Positions 10,145 through 18,934 of a stretch of DNA of 37,363 nucleotides are shown piece after piece. This DNA comes from a virus (Duplodnaviria > Heunggongvirae > Uroviricota > Caudoviricetes): IMG/VR virus record IMGVR_UViG_2718218309_000005, positions 1 through 37,363 of that record. The stretch is one strand, 5' to 3'. The notes beneath the pieces are model-generated. The model searched no databases. It saw only the letters and a program-made list of their open reading frames with translations, and had not been told where the DNA came from. The position numbers and the translations under genes were made by a program. How positions within the stretch are numbered: position 1 is the first letter of the stretch; the number at the start of each line of letters is the position of its first letter.

Positions 10145-10711
10145 TCAGGGGGATTCATTGATCTTATTTGCCGGAAATTTTCTATAAATGGTAGAAACGC
10201 CTACATCAAAAATCAGTGCAATACGCTGTCTTGATTCTCCGGCCTCGAGTAAACGCCCAATCTGTGCCCACTGTTCGGTGGTCAACTTAGGACGGCGTCC
10301 ACCTACTCTGCCTTTGGCACGAGCTGCAGCCAGCCCTGCCCTGGTACGTTCAACTATCAGTTCGCGTTCCATTTCAGCCAGGGCACCCATGACATGAAAA
10401 AAGAAACGGCCCATTGGGGTACTGGTATCAATACTGTCAGTCAGGCTTCTGAAATTCACACCACGCTGGCGCAACTCTTCTATCAGCGTAACAAGATGCC
10501 GCATACTGCGCCCCAACCTGTCCAGCTTCCAGACAACCAGCGTGTCTCCTGCCGATAGTGTCCTGAGTAGTTTTTTCAGCCCCGGTCTGTCGGACTTAGT
10601 GCCACTGATTTTGTCCTCAAAAATCTGCTCACATCCCGCGCAGTTCAGTGCATTACGTTGCAAATCGGTGTTCTGGTCATTTGTTGACACGCGTACATAG
10701 CCAATAAGCAT
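10145..10711 (-). CDS. serine DNA invertase (Hin/Gin/Cin/Pin family)
   Basis: N-terminus MLIGYVRVSTNDQNTDLQ with the catalytic Ser motif, plus a C-terminal HTH; lies directly outside the invertible segment. Confidence 0.85.
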   Translation of the reverse strand: MLIGYVRVSTNDQNTDLQRNALNCAGCEQIFEDKISGTKSDRPGLKKLLRTLSAGDTLVVWKLDRLGRSMRHLVTLIEELRQRGVNFRSLTDSIDTSTPMGRFFFHVMGALAEMERELIVERTRAGLAAARAKGRVGGRRPKLTTEQWAQIGRLLEAGESRQRIALIFDVGVSTIYRKFPANKINESP

Positions 10712-10738
10712 GATCATCCCCCTGAATAAAAACCGGAG

Positions 10739-11233
10739 ATGATGCCAGTTAGCTGTTACCTCTGCATTTTCTTAAACGTTGGTTTGGGAGAAGCGGCAAA
10801 ACGGAATGTGGGCAACGGGGAAAACCAAATCCCTGATATGTCTTTCTGGACGGTTACTGGTGGCAATGGAAATTTTGTGATTCGTCAACCTGACGGGCTA
10901 ATCATTCAGATGGTTACTGTAAGTATAAGCGGCCCAGTGGCGATGAATGGAATGACTGATAATGCTTATGCCATCACAGGTTCTAATAAGTCTTATATTG
11001 CCACAGCCACATTGCCCTTTGTATTTCCTAATAAGGTGCTGGGCGTTATCCCTCTGGTATCAACAACAGCCTATGGTGGTGTATCCAGTAATATTACAGG
11101 TTCATACGCGACGGCGGTTTGTTCTTTTGCCGCTGTCAGGGGGAATAATACGATTGTGTTCAAAGTCGACAAACCACTGAATGCAGCCTTTCCTTCAGAT
11201 ACCAGCGTCTCAGCGTTAATCATTGGACGGTAA
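10739..11233 (+). CDS. alternative tail-fibre C-terminal cassette (silent in this orientation)
   Basis: The ORF reads through the left crossover site (..IFLNVGLGE..) and has no plausible own start context; it would be fused to the constant H N-terminus after inversion. Confidence 0.6.
   Translation: MMPVSCYLCIFLNVGLGEAAKRNVGNGENQIPDMSFWTVTGGNGNFVIRQPDGLIIQMVTVSISGPVAMNGMTDNAYAITGSNKSYIATATLPFVFPNKVLGVIPLVSTTAYGGVSSNITGSYATAVCSFAAVRGNNTIVFKVDKPLNAAFPSDTSVSALIIGR
10767..10792. repeat. invertase crossover site, left (26 bp, hix/gix-like)
   Basis: ttttcttaaacg tt ggtttgggagaa; its right half-site ggtttgggagaa (coding G-L-G-E) is repeated in inverted orientation at 12712-12723. Confidence 0.7.
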
Positions 11234-11235
11234 GA

Positions 11236-11679
11236 ATGAACTCAGTATTCTTTTCACCCGGAAGTAAAAGTTTTTATCTGCAAGAATTGTTTCCAGAATA
11301 TGAGGATGCGGGAACGCTTCCTGATGATGTTATTGAAATTACCCGAGAAACATATGAGCAATTTCTTGGGCTGCATCCAGAAGGGAAAGAAATTGGCGCT
11401 GACAGTTCAGGACGGCCAATATGGATTAATTCCCCGCCGCCTTCAAAAGAGGATGAGGTGCTGGCGGCTGAAATGAAAAAAATATCTTTGGTTTCAGAAG
11501 TCAATACCTACATCAATACCCATCAGTGGCCTGGCAAAGCTGCTATTGGTCGTCTGAAAGGTGACGAGCTGGAACAATATAATTTATGGCTGGATTATCT
11601 GGACGCACTGGAACTGGTTGATACCTCCAGTGCTCCAGATATTGAATGGCCTACGCCTCCAGTAGTTCAGGCCAGATGA
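11236..11679 (+). CDS. alternative tail-fibre assembly chaperone (Tfa/U'-like)
   Basis: 147 aa with the C-terminal motif LDYLDALELVDTSSAPDIEWP shared with the G product; partner of the alternative fibre cassette. Confidence 0.7.
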   Translation: MNSVFFSPGSKSFYLQELFPEYEDAGTLPDDVIEITRETYEQFLGLHPEGKEIGADSSGRPIWINSPPPSKEDEVLAAEMKKISLVSEVNTYINTHQWPGKAAIGRLKGDELEQYNLWLDYLDALELVDTSSAPDIEWPTPPVVQAR

Positions 11680-12256
11680 CATCCGGCGCGGTGCTGATAT
11701 CTGTTGCAGTCACCGCGTCAATGTAATCCAGCACAGCGTTAAGCCGGGTTGTTTCTGCCTGCGTCAGCTTCCGCCCGGCCTGCAATTTCAGCTGAATCAG
11801 ACTAATGGAAGCCATAGCCGCATCAATCAGTGACTGGCGCCGTACTTCTGCCGCGTCTACTGCGGCGTTATGCTGTGCCTCAGTGTCGGTCACCCATTTC
11901 TCACCATCCCATTTATCGTATGACGTTAACGGGGCGATAGTGGTTGTATTTTCAGGGTAATCACCCGGAACTGTGATTTCTTTTGATTCTCCTGTTTCGG
12001 TGCTATAGACGATTTCACCGCGATGGTCTGGCACATATTCCCATGAGTTAAAATCTGCAGAACGGCAAATTGCATAACCAGCTTTATATGAGCCAGGAGC
12101 ATCTAAACAGGAACATGCCGGGATACCGACACCCACAGCAAGATATTCAGTTGATGTGGAAATATATTCCCGTGTTTCACCATCATAATTATAAACGGTA
12201 ATGTCTCCGGCCTTTGTGGCGATGAGTTCATTATTTAATACAGCTTTACTTATCAT
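11651..12256 (-). CDS. G: tail-fibre assembly protein gpG
   Basis: 201 aa, C-terminal LDYIDAVTATDISTAPDVIWPE motif; immediately downstream of H. Confidence 0.8.
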   Translation of the reverse strand: MISKAVLNNELIATKAGDITVYNYDGETREYISTSTEYLAVGVGIPACSCLDAPGSYKAGYAICRSADFNSWEYVPDHRGEIVYSTETGESKEITVPGDYPENTTTIAPLTSYDKWDGEKWVTDTEAQHNAAVDAAEVRRQSLIDAAMASISLIQLKLQAGRKLTQAETTRLNAVLDYIDAVTATDISTAPDVIWPELLEA

Positions 12257-13773
12257 GCAGCCCTCACAATATAATTAAAGGCGATGTTACGGGAGCGGGT
12301 TTCAGATGCTGTGCGAACTGAGCGAGATGCGTCGAATGTCCAGTTATAAGCGCCATAACCCTCAATAATTTCGGCTTCCTTTAGACCTGTAGATAATACT
12401 TGCCCATGTTGACTAAATGGCCCTGAACTAAGTACGTCTCTAAAAAGCTGGGTACGCCCAAAAGAACCAACAATATTCTGAATTGCATCATTCTGTGCAG
12501 ATAATAAGTTACGACCAGAGTCAATCCCGCGCCCATCATCCCAGCCACGAATAAATTCACCGCGTAAATCTGGTAATTTTAATGTTGGGTAAGCCTTTGC
12601 CAGATTTGGGTACTTTTCAGAAGAAAATACTGCTCCGTTACATTTTAGCCACCCCATTGGCGGAGTGGCTGAAGGCCACGGAACAGGCACACCAACCGGT
12701 AATGCAGAGCCTTCTCCCAAACCAAGGTATGTGAGAAGACCAGCTACATCCTTTCCACTCAAATTGGTAAGCGTATTGTCCAGCGGTTGTTTACCTGCCA
12801 GCGCATTAAGCATTGTCGTGGCAAAGTTCGGATCATTCCCCAGTGCCGCCGCCAGTTCGTTCAGTGTATCCAGTGCAGCAGGTGCAGAACCCACCATTCC
12901 TGCAATCGCCGATTTCACAAAAGCCGTAGTGGCAATCTGTGTATTGTTGACCGACTGCGCCGCCGTGGGGGCTGTTGGCGTTCCGGTGAGTGCCGGACTC
13001 GACAACGGTGCTTTTAGTGCCAGCGCATTGTTAATGGTGGTACTGAAATTCGGATCATTGTTAATGGCTGCGGCTATTTCTTTCAGCGTGTCCAGCGTGG
13101 CTGGCGCACCATTAATAAGGGCCGTCAGTGCCGCCTGTACAAACGCAGTGGTCGCAACCTGCGTGGTATTATTCCCCGCCGCTGGCGTTGGCGCTTTGGG
13201 GGTTCCGGTAAATGTCGGGCTGGCTTTTGGCGCGTACTGTGAATGCGGGTCCGGTGCGGCAAGATGTTTTGCCATCTGATCATCCGCGTAAACCTTCAGC
13301 TCCAGTGCCTTGTCATCCACATACTTGCGGGTTGCCAGCACTACAGCAGGGTCGATTTTCAGGGTGATATTGTCCGTGCTGCTGGTAATCAGCACCATGC
13401 GCACGGTCTGAGTGCGCCCGCTACCTTCAGCCAGTTGCGGCTTATAGCTTTCCGGGCAGTTGCCCACGGCAATCAATGCCCCGGACTCATCAAACAAGCC
13501 CACTTCACGTATCCACCAACCGCCCTCGTTTTCAGGGATCACCTGTTCGGCAATAATCTGGCTGCTGTTCTGCGGGTCGATATAAAGCATATTCAGCGCA
13601 GCCCGGCGTTTCTCATTTACCAGTGCCGTCTGCTTTGCGTCCGGCGTTGGCAATACTCCACCGCCATCGCCCACCGCCATATGGGTAATTTTTAGCGGCA
13701 CACCGAGCGCGGCGGCGCTGGCAAGTTTCGCCGCGCCAATATCCGTCAGCAGGGTATAAAATTTTGTGCTCAT
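12253..13773 (-). CDS. H: tail fibre protein gpH (constant N-terminus + currently expressed variable C-terminus)
   Basis: 506 aa; the right crossover site lies inside the ORF at the ..LTYLGLGE.. position. Confidence 0.85.
   Translation of the reverse strand: MSTKFYTLLTDIGAAKLASAAALGVPLKITHMAVGDGGGVLPTPDAKQTALVNEKRRAALNMLYIDPQNSSQIIAEQVIPENEGGWWIREVGLFDESGALIAVGNCPESYKPQLAEGSGRTQTVRMVLITSSTDNITLKIDPAVVLATRKYVDDKALELKVYADDQMAKHLAAPDPHSQYAPKASPTFTGTPKAPTPAAGNNTTQVATTAFVQAALTALINGAPATLDTLKEIAAAINNDPNFSTTINNALALKAPLSSPALTGTPTAPTAAQSVNNTQIATTAFVKSAIAGMVGSAPAALDTLNELAAALGNDPNFATTMLNALAGKQPLDNTLTNLSGKDVAGLLTYLGLGEGSALPVGVPVPWPSATPPMGWLKCNGAVFSSEKYPNLAKAYPTLKLPDLRGEFIRGWDDGRGIDSGRNLLSAQNDAIQNIVGSFGRTQLFRDVLSSGPFSQHGQVLSTGLKEAEIIEGYGAYNWTFDASRSVRTASETRSRNIAFNYIVRAA
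12712..12737. repeat. invertase crossover site, right (26 bp, inverted relative to left site)
   Basis: ttctcccaaacc aa ggtatgtgagaa; the first 12 nt are the exact reverse complement of 10781-10792. Confidence 0.7.
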
Positions 13774-14375
13774 GGATTCACTCTCATTGTGTCAATAACA
13801 TGGACCGCCCCGCCTTCATGCGCGGTGCCACCGGAAATAATCGTTTCGTTGATATAGGGATAGATCGTGATTTCTTCGCCAAGATAGCTGGCGGCTCCCA
13901 CCCAATGCGGGCCGCTGGTCTGCAGATTGATGGACATGCCGATCATGTGACGGCTACATGGTTTGGCATCGCTTATCAGTCGCTCAAGTTCCAGATAGGT
14001 ATCTTCAGTGATGCCCTGGTCCTGCACACCAATGTCCAGACGAAACGTGCCCGGTGTTTCTCCGGTCTGCCACCACTCAATAATGCGGATCAGGAAGCCG
14101 AACGGCTCCACCACCCGCCGTACGGCACTGGTGGTTCCTTTGTGCTGATGAATATAAAAAGCATCCTTCACTACCTGGCGTTTGACGCTTTCTGTCCAGC
14201 CCTCGTCCCAGCGATCCACAGAGAACGCCCAGGCGAGATAAGGCAGGAAACTGATCGGACAGGTTGCCGGATTCCACAAGTCACGCAGCGGCACCTGCAG
14301 ATCAGTAATCCCGCTGCAGGTTTGCGCCAGTCGGCGCTCCAGTGAAGTTGAACCCGGTGGCAGCAGACTATTCAT
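13770..14375 (-). CDS. I: baseplate protein gpI
   Basis: 201 aa, P2 I-like N-terminus (..SLLPPGSTSLERRLA..). Confidence 0.85.
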   Translation of the reverse strand: MNSLLPPGSTSLERRLAQTCSGITDLQVPLRDLWNPATCPISFLPYLAWAFSVDRWDEGWTESVKRQVVKDAFYIHQHKGTTSAVRRVVEPFGFLIRIIEWWQTGETPGTFRLDIGVQDQGITEDTYLELERLISDAKPCSRHMIGMSINLQTSGPHWVGAASYLGEEITIYPYINETIISGGTAHEGGAVHVIDTMRVNP

Positions 14376-15276
14376 CCGTTCCTCCGTTGGTTACGCTCCA
14401 CTGCGTACATGATGCCGCCTGCGTTTTGTTCAGAACCACATCCGCCAGCGGAGAAGCCAGTTCCACACGTTGAACACCCTCAACATGCAGCGCGGCAAAA
14501 ATGGCGCTACGGCGAATATCCCGACCAAGCCGCGTCTGACTGGCAATGTACCTCTGCAGGCTGGCTTTTGCCGCTGCCATTACCGGCTCTGCTTCCGGTC
14601 CCGGATAGAGAAAAATGGTGGCTTCCACGCGGTACGGGATGATTTCCGCGCTGCGAACCGTCAGACGGTCAGCCACCGGGCGGACATTCTCACTGTTCAG
14701 TGCTTTCTCCACCACATCCAGCAGGTCTTTTTCTGCTGTTCCGTCGCCTTCGCGGCTAAGGACTGTCAGCACCACCTCTGCAGGTGCCGGACTGGTTGCA
14801 CTGGCATCCGCCACCCGACCGTCGGCGCTTCGGGCATGAAATTCATAAGCGGCAGTTGGCCCCGCAACAGAAAGCCCTTCAAAGGCTGCGGGCACACGCA
14901 GGCGTAACGCTTCATCGCTTTCCATCACAGCCGCAACGGGTGGCACAGCGTCATTATCAGCAGGCGTCACCGTCAGGCGTTTCACGTTGTAGTTGGCAGC
15001 GAGCTGGTCAAGATCGCCGCCCATCGCGTAAGCCACCATCACCGCCTGCGCGGCTTCGTTAATGCGCTGGCGCAGAAGCAACTCACGGTAAGCGTTCTCC
15101 TGCAGCAATTTGGTGACGGGTTCAGATTCCAGTTCCAGCGTGCGGATCACGGCTTCCTGCTCATCTTTCGGATGAAGCGCAACAAATTCGGCCTTGCGTT
15201 CGGCAAGCAGCGTCTCAAAGTCCGGCACATCGACAATCTGCGGCGCAGGCAACTGCGAAAGGTCAATCACTGCCAT
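14368..15276 (-). CDS. J: baseplate protein gpJ
   Basis: Start placed at the internal Met (MAVIDLSQLPAP...), giving 302 aa; P2 J-like. Confidence 0.85.
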   Translation of the reverse strand: MAVIDLSQLPAPQIVDVPDFETLLAERKAEFVALHPKDEQEAVIRTLELESEPVTKLLQENAYRELLLRQRINEAAQAVMVAYAMGGDLDQLAANYNVKRLTVTPADNDAVPPVAAVMESDEALRLRVPAAFEGLSVAGPTAAYEFHARSADGRVADASATSPAPAEVVLTVLSREGDGTAEKDLLDVVEKALNSENVRPVADRLTVRSAEIIPYRVEATIFLYPGPEAEPVMAAAKASLQRYIASQTRLGRDIRRSAIFAALHVEGVQRVELASPLADVVLNKTQAASCTQWSVTNGGTDE

Positions 15277-15622
15277 TCTCTGCTCCTGTTGATACGAAAA
15301 GGGAAACAGGCACACCGTTATTACGCCGCCCGGTCAGCCCCACCACCATTGAACCGTCAAAATTGCTGTTAATGGTGATGGAATCCAGCGTCAGCCGTGG
15401 CTCCCAGCGACTCAGCGCCACATACACTGCCGACATGACCTGCAGGCGTAATGCCGGATTTTGTGGCTGGTCTATCAGTGCCGACAGCAGGGAACCATAT
15501 TCCCGACGGGCAATGCGGCTACCCTGCGGCGTCAGCAAAATGTCCCGCACCGACTGGCGCAGATGGTCAATATCAGTAATGGCTTTACCGCTGGTATTGT
15601 TCATCCCGCTATAAAGCGTCAT
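15263..15622 (-). CDS. W: baseplate wedge protein gpW
   Basis: 119 aa; P2 W-like. Confidence 0.85.
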   Translation of the reverse strand: MTLYSGMNNTSGKAITDIDHLRQSVRDILLTPQGSRIARREYGSLLSALIDQPQNPALRLQVMSAVYVALSRWEPRLTLDSITINSNFDGSMVVGLTGRRNNGVPVSLFVSTGAENGSD

Positions 15623-16197
15623 ACCGGGCCTCCGGTTGTGTCGCCGCCTTTCAGGACGCCAGTATGCTGATGTGCATCAACCACAATTCCGTTAGAACTC
15701 ATTGCACCGCCGCCCTGGGTAACACCACCATTGATCACTACTTCGCTGTTAATGCGTGTGCGGTCAGCCTCCAGTACAAACTCACTGGTTTTCATGGTGA
15801 TATTGTCGGCGGTCTCAATGACCATTGATTTGATGCCCCTGACATACCAGCGCCCGGTGGCGGGTTCGTATTCAAACCAGCCTCCGTCCGGGTATTCCGT
15901 CACGTTGCCGTCCTCAGAGCCTGAAGGTGGCGGAAACTGGTTTGAGTAGACCGCAGGCAGGGCAAACGCGGTTTCCAGATTACCGCCCAGACTCAGCAGC
16001 ACCACCTGCTCACCTTCCGATGGTCGCCACCATGTCCGGGCATTTCCTGCACGCAGCGTCAGCCAACTGATCCAGTTAGTTTCAAGGTCGCCCGTTTTCA
16101 CTCGGCAAAGCCAGTTTTCCCTGTCCACTTCGGTGACTACCCCAGTGCGGATCAGGTTGGTGATAAGGCGCATGATTTCGGTTAATTGTGCGTTCAT
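15619..16197 (-). CDS. V: baseplate spike protein gpV
   Basis: 192 aa; P2 V-like. Confidence 0.85.
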   Translation of the reverse strand: MNAQLTEIMRLITNLIRTGVVTEVDRENWLCRVKTGDLETNWISWLTLRAGNARTWWRPSEGEQVVLLSLGGNLETAFALPAVYSNQFPPPSGSEDGNVTEYPDGGWFEYEPATGRWYVRGIKSMVIETADNITMKTSEFVLEADRTRINSEVVINGGVTQGGGAMSSNGIVVDAHQHTGVLKGGDTTGGPV

Positions 16198-16242
16198 GTA
16201 AAAATGTTAAACTAAATGGAATTTCAGTCGATAACATACCGT

Positions 16243-16260
16243 TGTATGATGGATGGCACA
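16243..16260 (-). promoter_or_regulatory. candidate Ogr/B activator site (TGT-N12-ACA) of late promoter PV
   Basis: tgt atgatggatggc aca in the V upstream intergenic region. Confidence 0.45.
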
Positions 16261-16304
16261 TTACAACTGAAAATTAACGATAAATAAAATCAACGGAAAA
16301 AATA

Positions 16305-17120
16305 ATGCACTGCAGATATTGCGAACAAGATGGAATAATAGAAAGAGAACATATTATCCCTAAATTTATATATAAATATCAAAAAGAATCTGGAGATCGT
16401 TTTATAGGCTGGAACGAGAGAGCAAATGATATAATTGGTGGTGAGGCAACAATTGCCGATGTTTGTAAAACATGCAATGGTGGAGCATTAAGTTTTTTAG
16501 ATGATTATGGAAGTCAGTTTTTAGCCAGAAACGGTTTCTTAACCCAACTTTATCTAAAGACAAAAACGACTATAACTTATGATTATCATTTATTGCTACG
16601 CTGGTTAATGAAAATTTCTTACAACTCGGCAAGCGCGGTCAATGATCCATCCACACATATTTTTGGCGCATATAAAGATTATATTCTCCGCGGAGAACCT
16701 TTGCCTTCAGAAAAAGATGTCATGCTCTTCGCTGGACTGCTCATGCCTCTTAAACTTACTGACGAGCAAAAAAGCGAACTTAATATACCTACAAGTGAAG
16801 ACAACCTTTGCTCTCCCTTTAAAATGAGAATAACCAAAAATGACCCTGTTCTGTTACGCAGCGGTATTATTTTAAAAGGTATATTTTTTGGAAGCATATT
16901 TTTTTATCTCGTTATAACTGAAAAATCAGCCTTAATAAGTAAAAGTTATTTGAAAAACAAAATTATAAAGAATGAAAAAGTAAAACTTATCAATCCGTCA
17001 AGTAGCGAGATGCTTCTACCAAACTGTGGAAAAAACTGGATAACTGCAAGTGAAACCCAGCTAAAAAAAGAGATATCTAATTTAGGGATGGAGCATATCC
17101 ATAAAAAATTAAAAATATGA
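16305..17120 (+). CDS. HNH-motif protein (cargo gene, opposite strand to the late operons)
   Basis: N-terminus C-x2-C ... EHIIPK ... C-x2-C-N arrangement typical of HNH nucleases; AT-rich; ~210-aa C-terminal extension of unknown fold. Confidence 0.55.
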   Translation: MHCRYCEQDGIIEREHIIPKFIYKYQKESGDRFIGWNERANDIIGGEATIADVCKTCNGGALSFLDDYGSQFLARNGFLTQLYLKTKTTITYDYHLLLRWLMKISYNSASAVNDPSTHIFGAYKDYILRGEPLPSEKDVMLFAGLLMPLKLTDEQKSELNIPTSEDNLCSPFKMRITKNDPVLLRSGIILKGIFFGSIFFYLVITEKSALISKSYLKNKIIKNEKVKLINPSSSEMLLPNCGKNWITASETQLKKEISNLGMEHIHKKLKI

Positions 17121-17164
17121 TATTCGTTAACAACGAATAAATTAGATTAACCAAATTAGTTGGC

Positions 17165-17611
17165 TCATTTAAACAGCCACTGATGCAATATATCTCCAAT
17201 GACAGACTGCATCTTGTTATTGATACCAAGCAACCGCCGCTCTGCATAACGCACTTCCGGTCCTTTGCGACTGACGCGATCGCGCAGGCCGTAATGGTGA
17301 ACACGGGCAATACGCTGTACCTTACCTTCAAACTGCACGCTGGCAGAGTCGGCGCTGGCAGCAGTTTTCAGGTATTTTGTGGTGCGCAGCTTTGCAAACA
17401 TCTGACGTTTGATGCGCCCTTTTTTACTTCGTGCTGTTACCCGTCGCGGTTCATAGCTGCTGCCGTCAGGGTTGCGCTGCATCCTGATATTCTGCTGCTG
17501 TGTCCGGCGCAGTTCCTGCGCCAGCTGGCGCATCATGCGGCTTCTCGTGGCTGGTTCCAGATTCGCCAGCAAGGCACTCAGCCAGTCGACCACCTTCTGC
17601 AGTTCAGCCAC
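17165..17611 (-). CDS. S: tail completion protein gpS
   Basis: 148 aa; P2 S-like. Confidence 0.85.
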   Translation of the reverse strand: MAELQKVVDWLSALLANLEPATRSRMMRQLAQELRRTQQQNIRMQRNPDGSSYEPRRVTARSKKGRIKRQMFAKLRTTKYLKTAASADSASVQFEGKVQRIARVHHYGLRDRVSRKGPEVRYAERRLLGINNKMQSVIGDILHQWLFK

Positions 17612-18056
17612 GTTTCACCGTCCACATTTCTTCAGGTTCATCGGGTTCTGCTACAGCTTCAACGCTCGACACACTGCCGTCAGTACTGACCAGCACACGT
17701 TCCGTCAGTTGCAGGTTAAGGCTGATATCACAGACATCGTTGCGCAAAATATCCACCTCAAAGGTGAATAGCTTTTCCCGTAACGCCGGGTTATTGATGG
17801 CATCGGGCTGGTTATCCCGAAGCCACAGTAAAACCGGGGCCATCAGCAGATTTTGGTCGCCGCTGAAATCCTCTATCACCACGTTCAGGGTATAGCGGTA
17901 CTCCCATGACATGGAGCTGGCCCCCGTGGCAACCAGCGAACCGTTATCCACAAACAGATGCAGTTTGTCCGGGTTATTGCGGACATAAGGCACCGCTTTA
18001 TTGAGGGCGTGGCGCAGGGATTGTGGTTTGTTCACTGTTTCGCTCCTGACACGCAA
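17604..18056 (-). CDS. R: tail completion protein gpR
   Basis: 150 aa; P2 R-like; the true start may be a few codons downstream. Confidence 0.8.
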   Translation of the reverse strand: MRVRSETVNKPQSLRHALNKAVPYVRNNPDKLHLFVDNGSLVATGASSMSWEYRYTLNVVIEDFSGDQNLLMAPVLLWLRDNQPDAINNPALREKLFTFEVDILRNDVCDISLNLQLTERVLVSTDGSVSSVEAVAEPDEPEEMWTVKRG

Positions 18057-18288
18057 TAATCATGTCCACTTTGTCTGCACAGACCGCCCAGGCGGCCTCC
18101 GTTTCATCCAGCAACGCGTTCAGGTCACCGTTAGTGCGCGGCGCTGCCTGCCCCAGCCGACACGGCGTCACTCGCGGACAACCACTGACGGTAAGCTGCA
18201 CCTCCGGTGAGTGTGGGGCGTTCCCGCAGCCGGATAATATCAGCAGGCAAAGGAGTATCAGCCCAGCGGCGTAAATCCTCGTTCTCAC
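17998..18288 (-). CDS. lysC: o-spanin LysC (Rz1-like lipoprotein)
   Basis: Signal peptide with lipobox LSGC, proline-rich; overlaps the 3' end of lysB out of frame. Confidence 0.65.
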   Translation of the reverse strand: MRTRIYAAGLILLCLLILSGCGNAPHSPEVQLTVSGCPRVTPCRLGQAAPRTNGDLNALLDETEAAWAVCADKVDMIIACQERNSEQTTIPAPRPQ

Positions 18289-18559
18289 GTTTCAGTTCCT
18301 CAATCCGGTGTTGTCGTTGTCTCAGCAGTACACTGGTCTGTTCTGCTTCGGCATAGAGCCGCGCCTGCTCCCGGTTATTGGTTTCAGTCAGAATGGACAG
18401 GCTGATAAGCTGGCTGTTGCTCTTTGCCAGTGCCTGGCTTTTGCTCCGAAGCTCGTCTGCCTGCGTGCTGATGGTCTGGCTGGCATCAGCCAGCCGCCAC
18501 GTCTGCCAGCCCAGCGCCGCCAGTAATAACGCCAGCACAACCAGCAGCAACCGGTTCAT
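18131..18559 (-). CDS. lysB: i-spanin LysB (Rz-like)
   Basis: N-terminal TM helix followed by charged coiled-coil; 142 aa. Confidence 0.7.
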   Translation of the reverse strand: MNRLLLVVLALLLAALGWQTWRLADASQTISTQADELRSKSQALAKSNSQLISLSILTETNNREQARLYAEAEQTSVLLRQRQHRIEELKRENEDLRRWADTPLPADIIRLRERPTLTGGAAYRQWLSASDAVSAGAGSAAH

Positions 18560-18933
18560 GCTGCTACCTGTTGCGCCATCTGATTACGGGTGATCCAGAA
18601 GGCAATAACGGTCAGTAGATAAAAGACCAGGGTAATAGCCCACCCCGTCCAGGCGAGACTGACGACAATCAGCAATCGCATCATCCAGCTGATAAATACG
18701 TTTACTTTTCGGGTAATTGTCTTCAGCAAAGATGCCCTCAACTCCTGCCAGAGCGGGCCGTTCTTAATTAACGCAGCCAGTGCTACCGGAATTACTGCCC
18801 ATGTCAGCAGACAGGCTACCCAAACGCCGGATGCTGCCAGTACCGGAAAAATTCCCTGCGGATACATCATTGCTGCGATTAACAGCGCCATCCATAACAT
18901 CAGAAACAGCCAGCTGATTAATTTCTTTTTCAT
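18556..18933 (-). CDS. lysA: LysA-like membrane protein (lysis timing)
   Basis: Start placed at MKKKLISWLF (internal Met directly after the K stop); multiple TM helices. Confidence 0.6.
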   Translation of the reverse strand: MKKKLISWLFLMLWMALLIAAMMYPQGIFPVLAASGVWVACLLTWAVIPVALAALIKNGPLWQELRASLLKTITRKVNVFISWMMRLLIVVSLAWTGWAITLVFYLLTVIAFWITRNQMAQQVAA

Positions 18934-18934
18934 T

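Larger units (their letters stand above)
10767..12737. mobile_element. invertible tail-fibre host-range segment (~1.97 kb)
   Basis: Bounded by the two inverted 26-bp sites; contains two alternative fibre C-termini and two convergent chaperone genes; adjacent invertase. Confidence 0.7.

Noticed and set aside
17121-17139. Palindrome tattcgtt aac aacgaata after the HNH gene as a terminator
   Set aside because: The stem is only 8 bp, AT-rich, and has no following U-tract on either strand; too weak to call.
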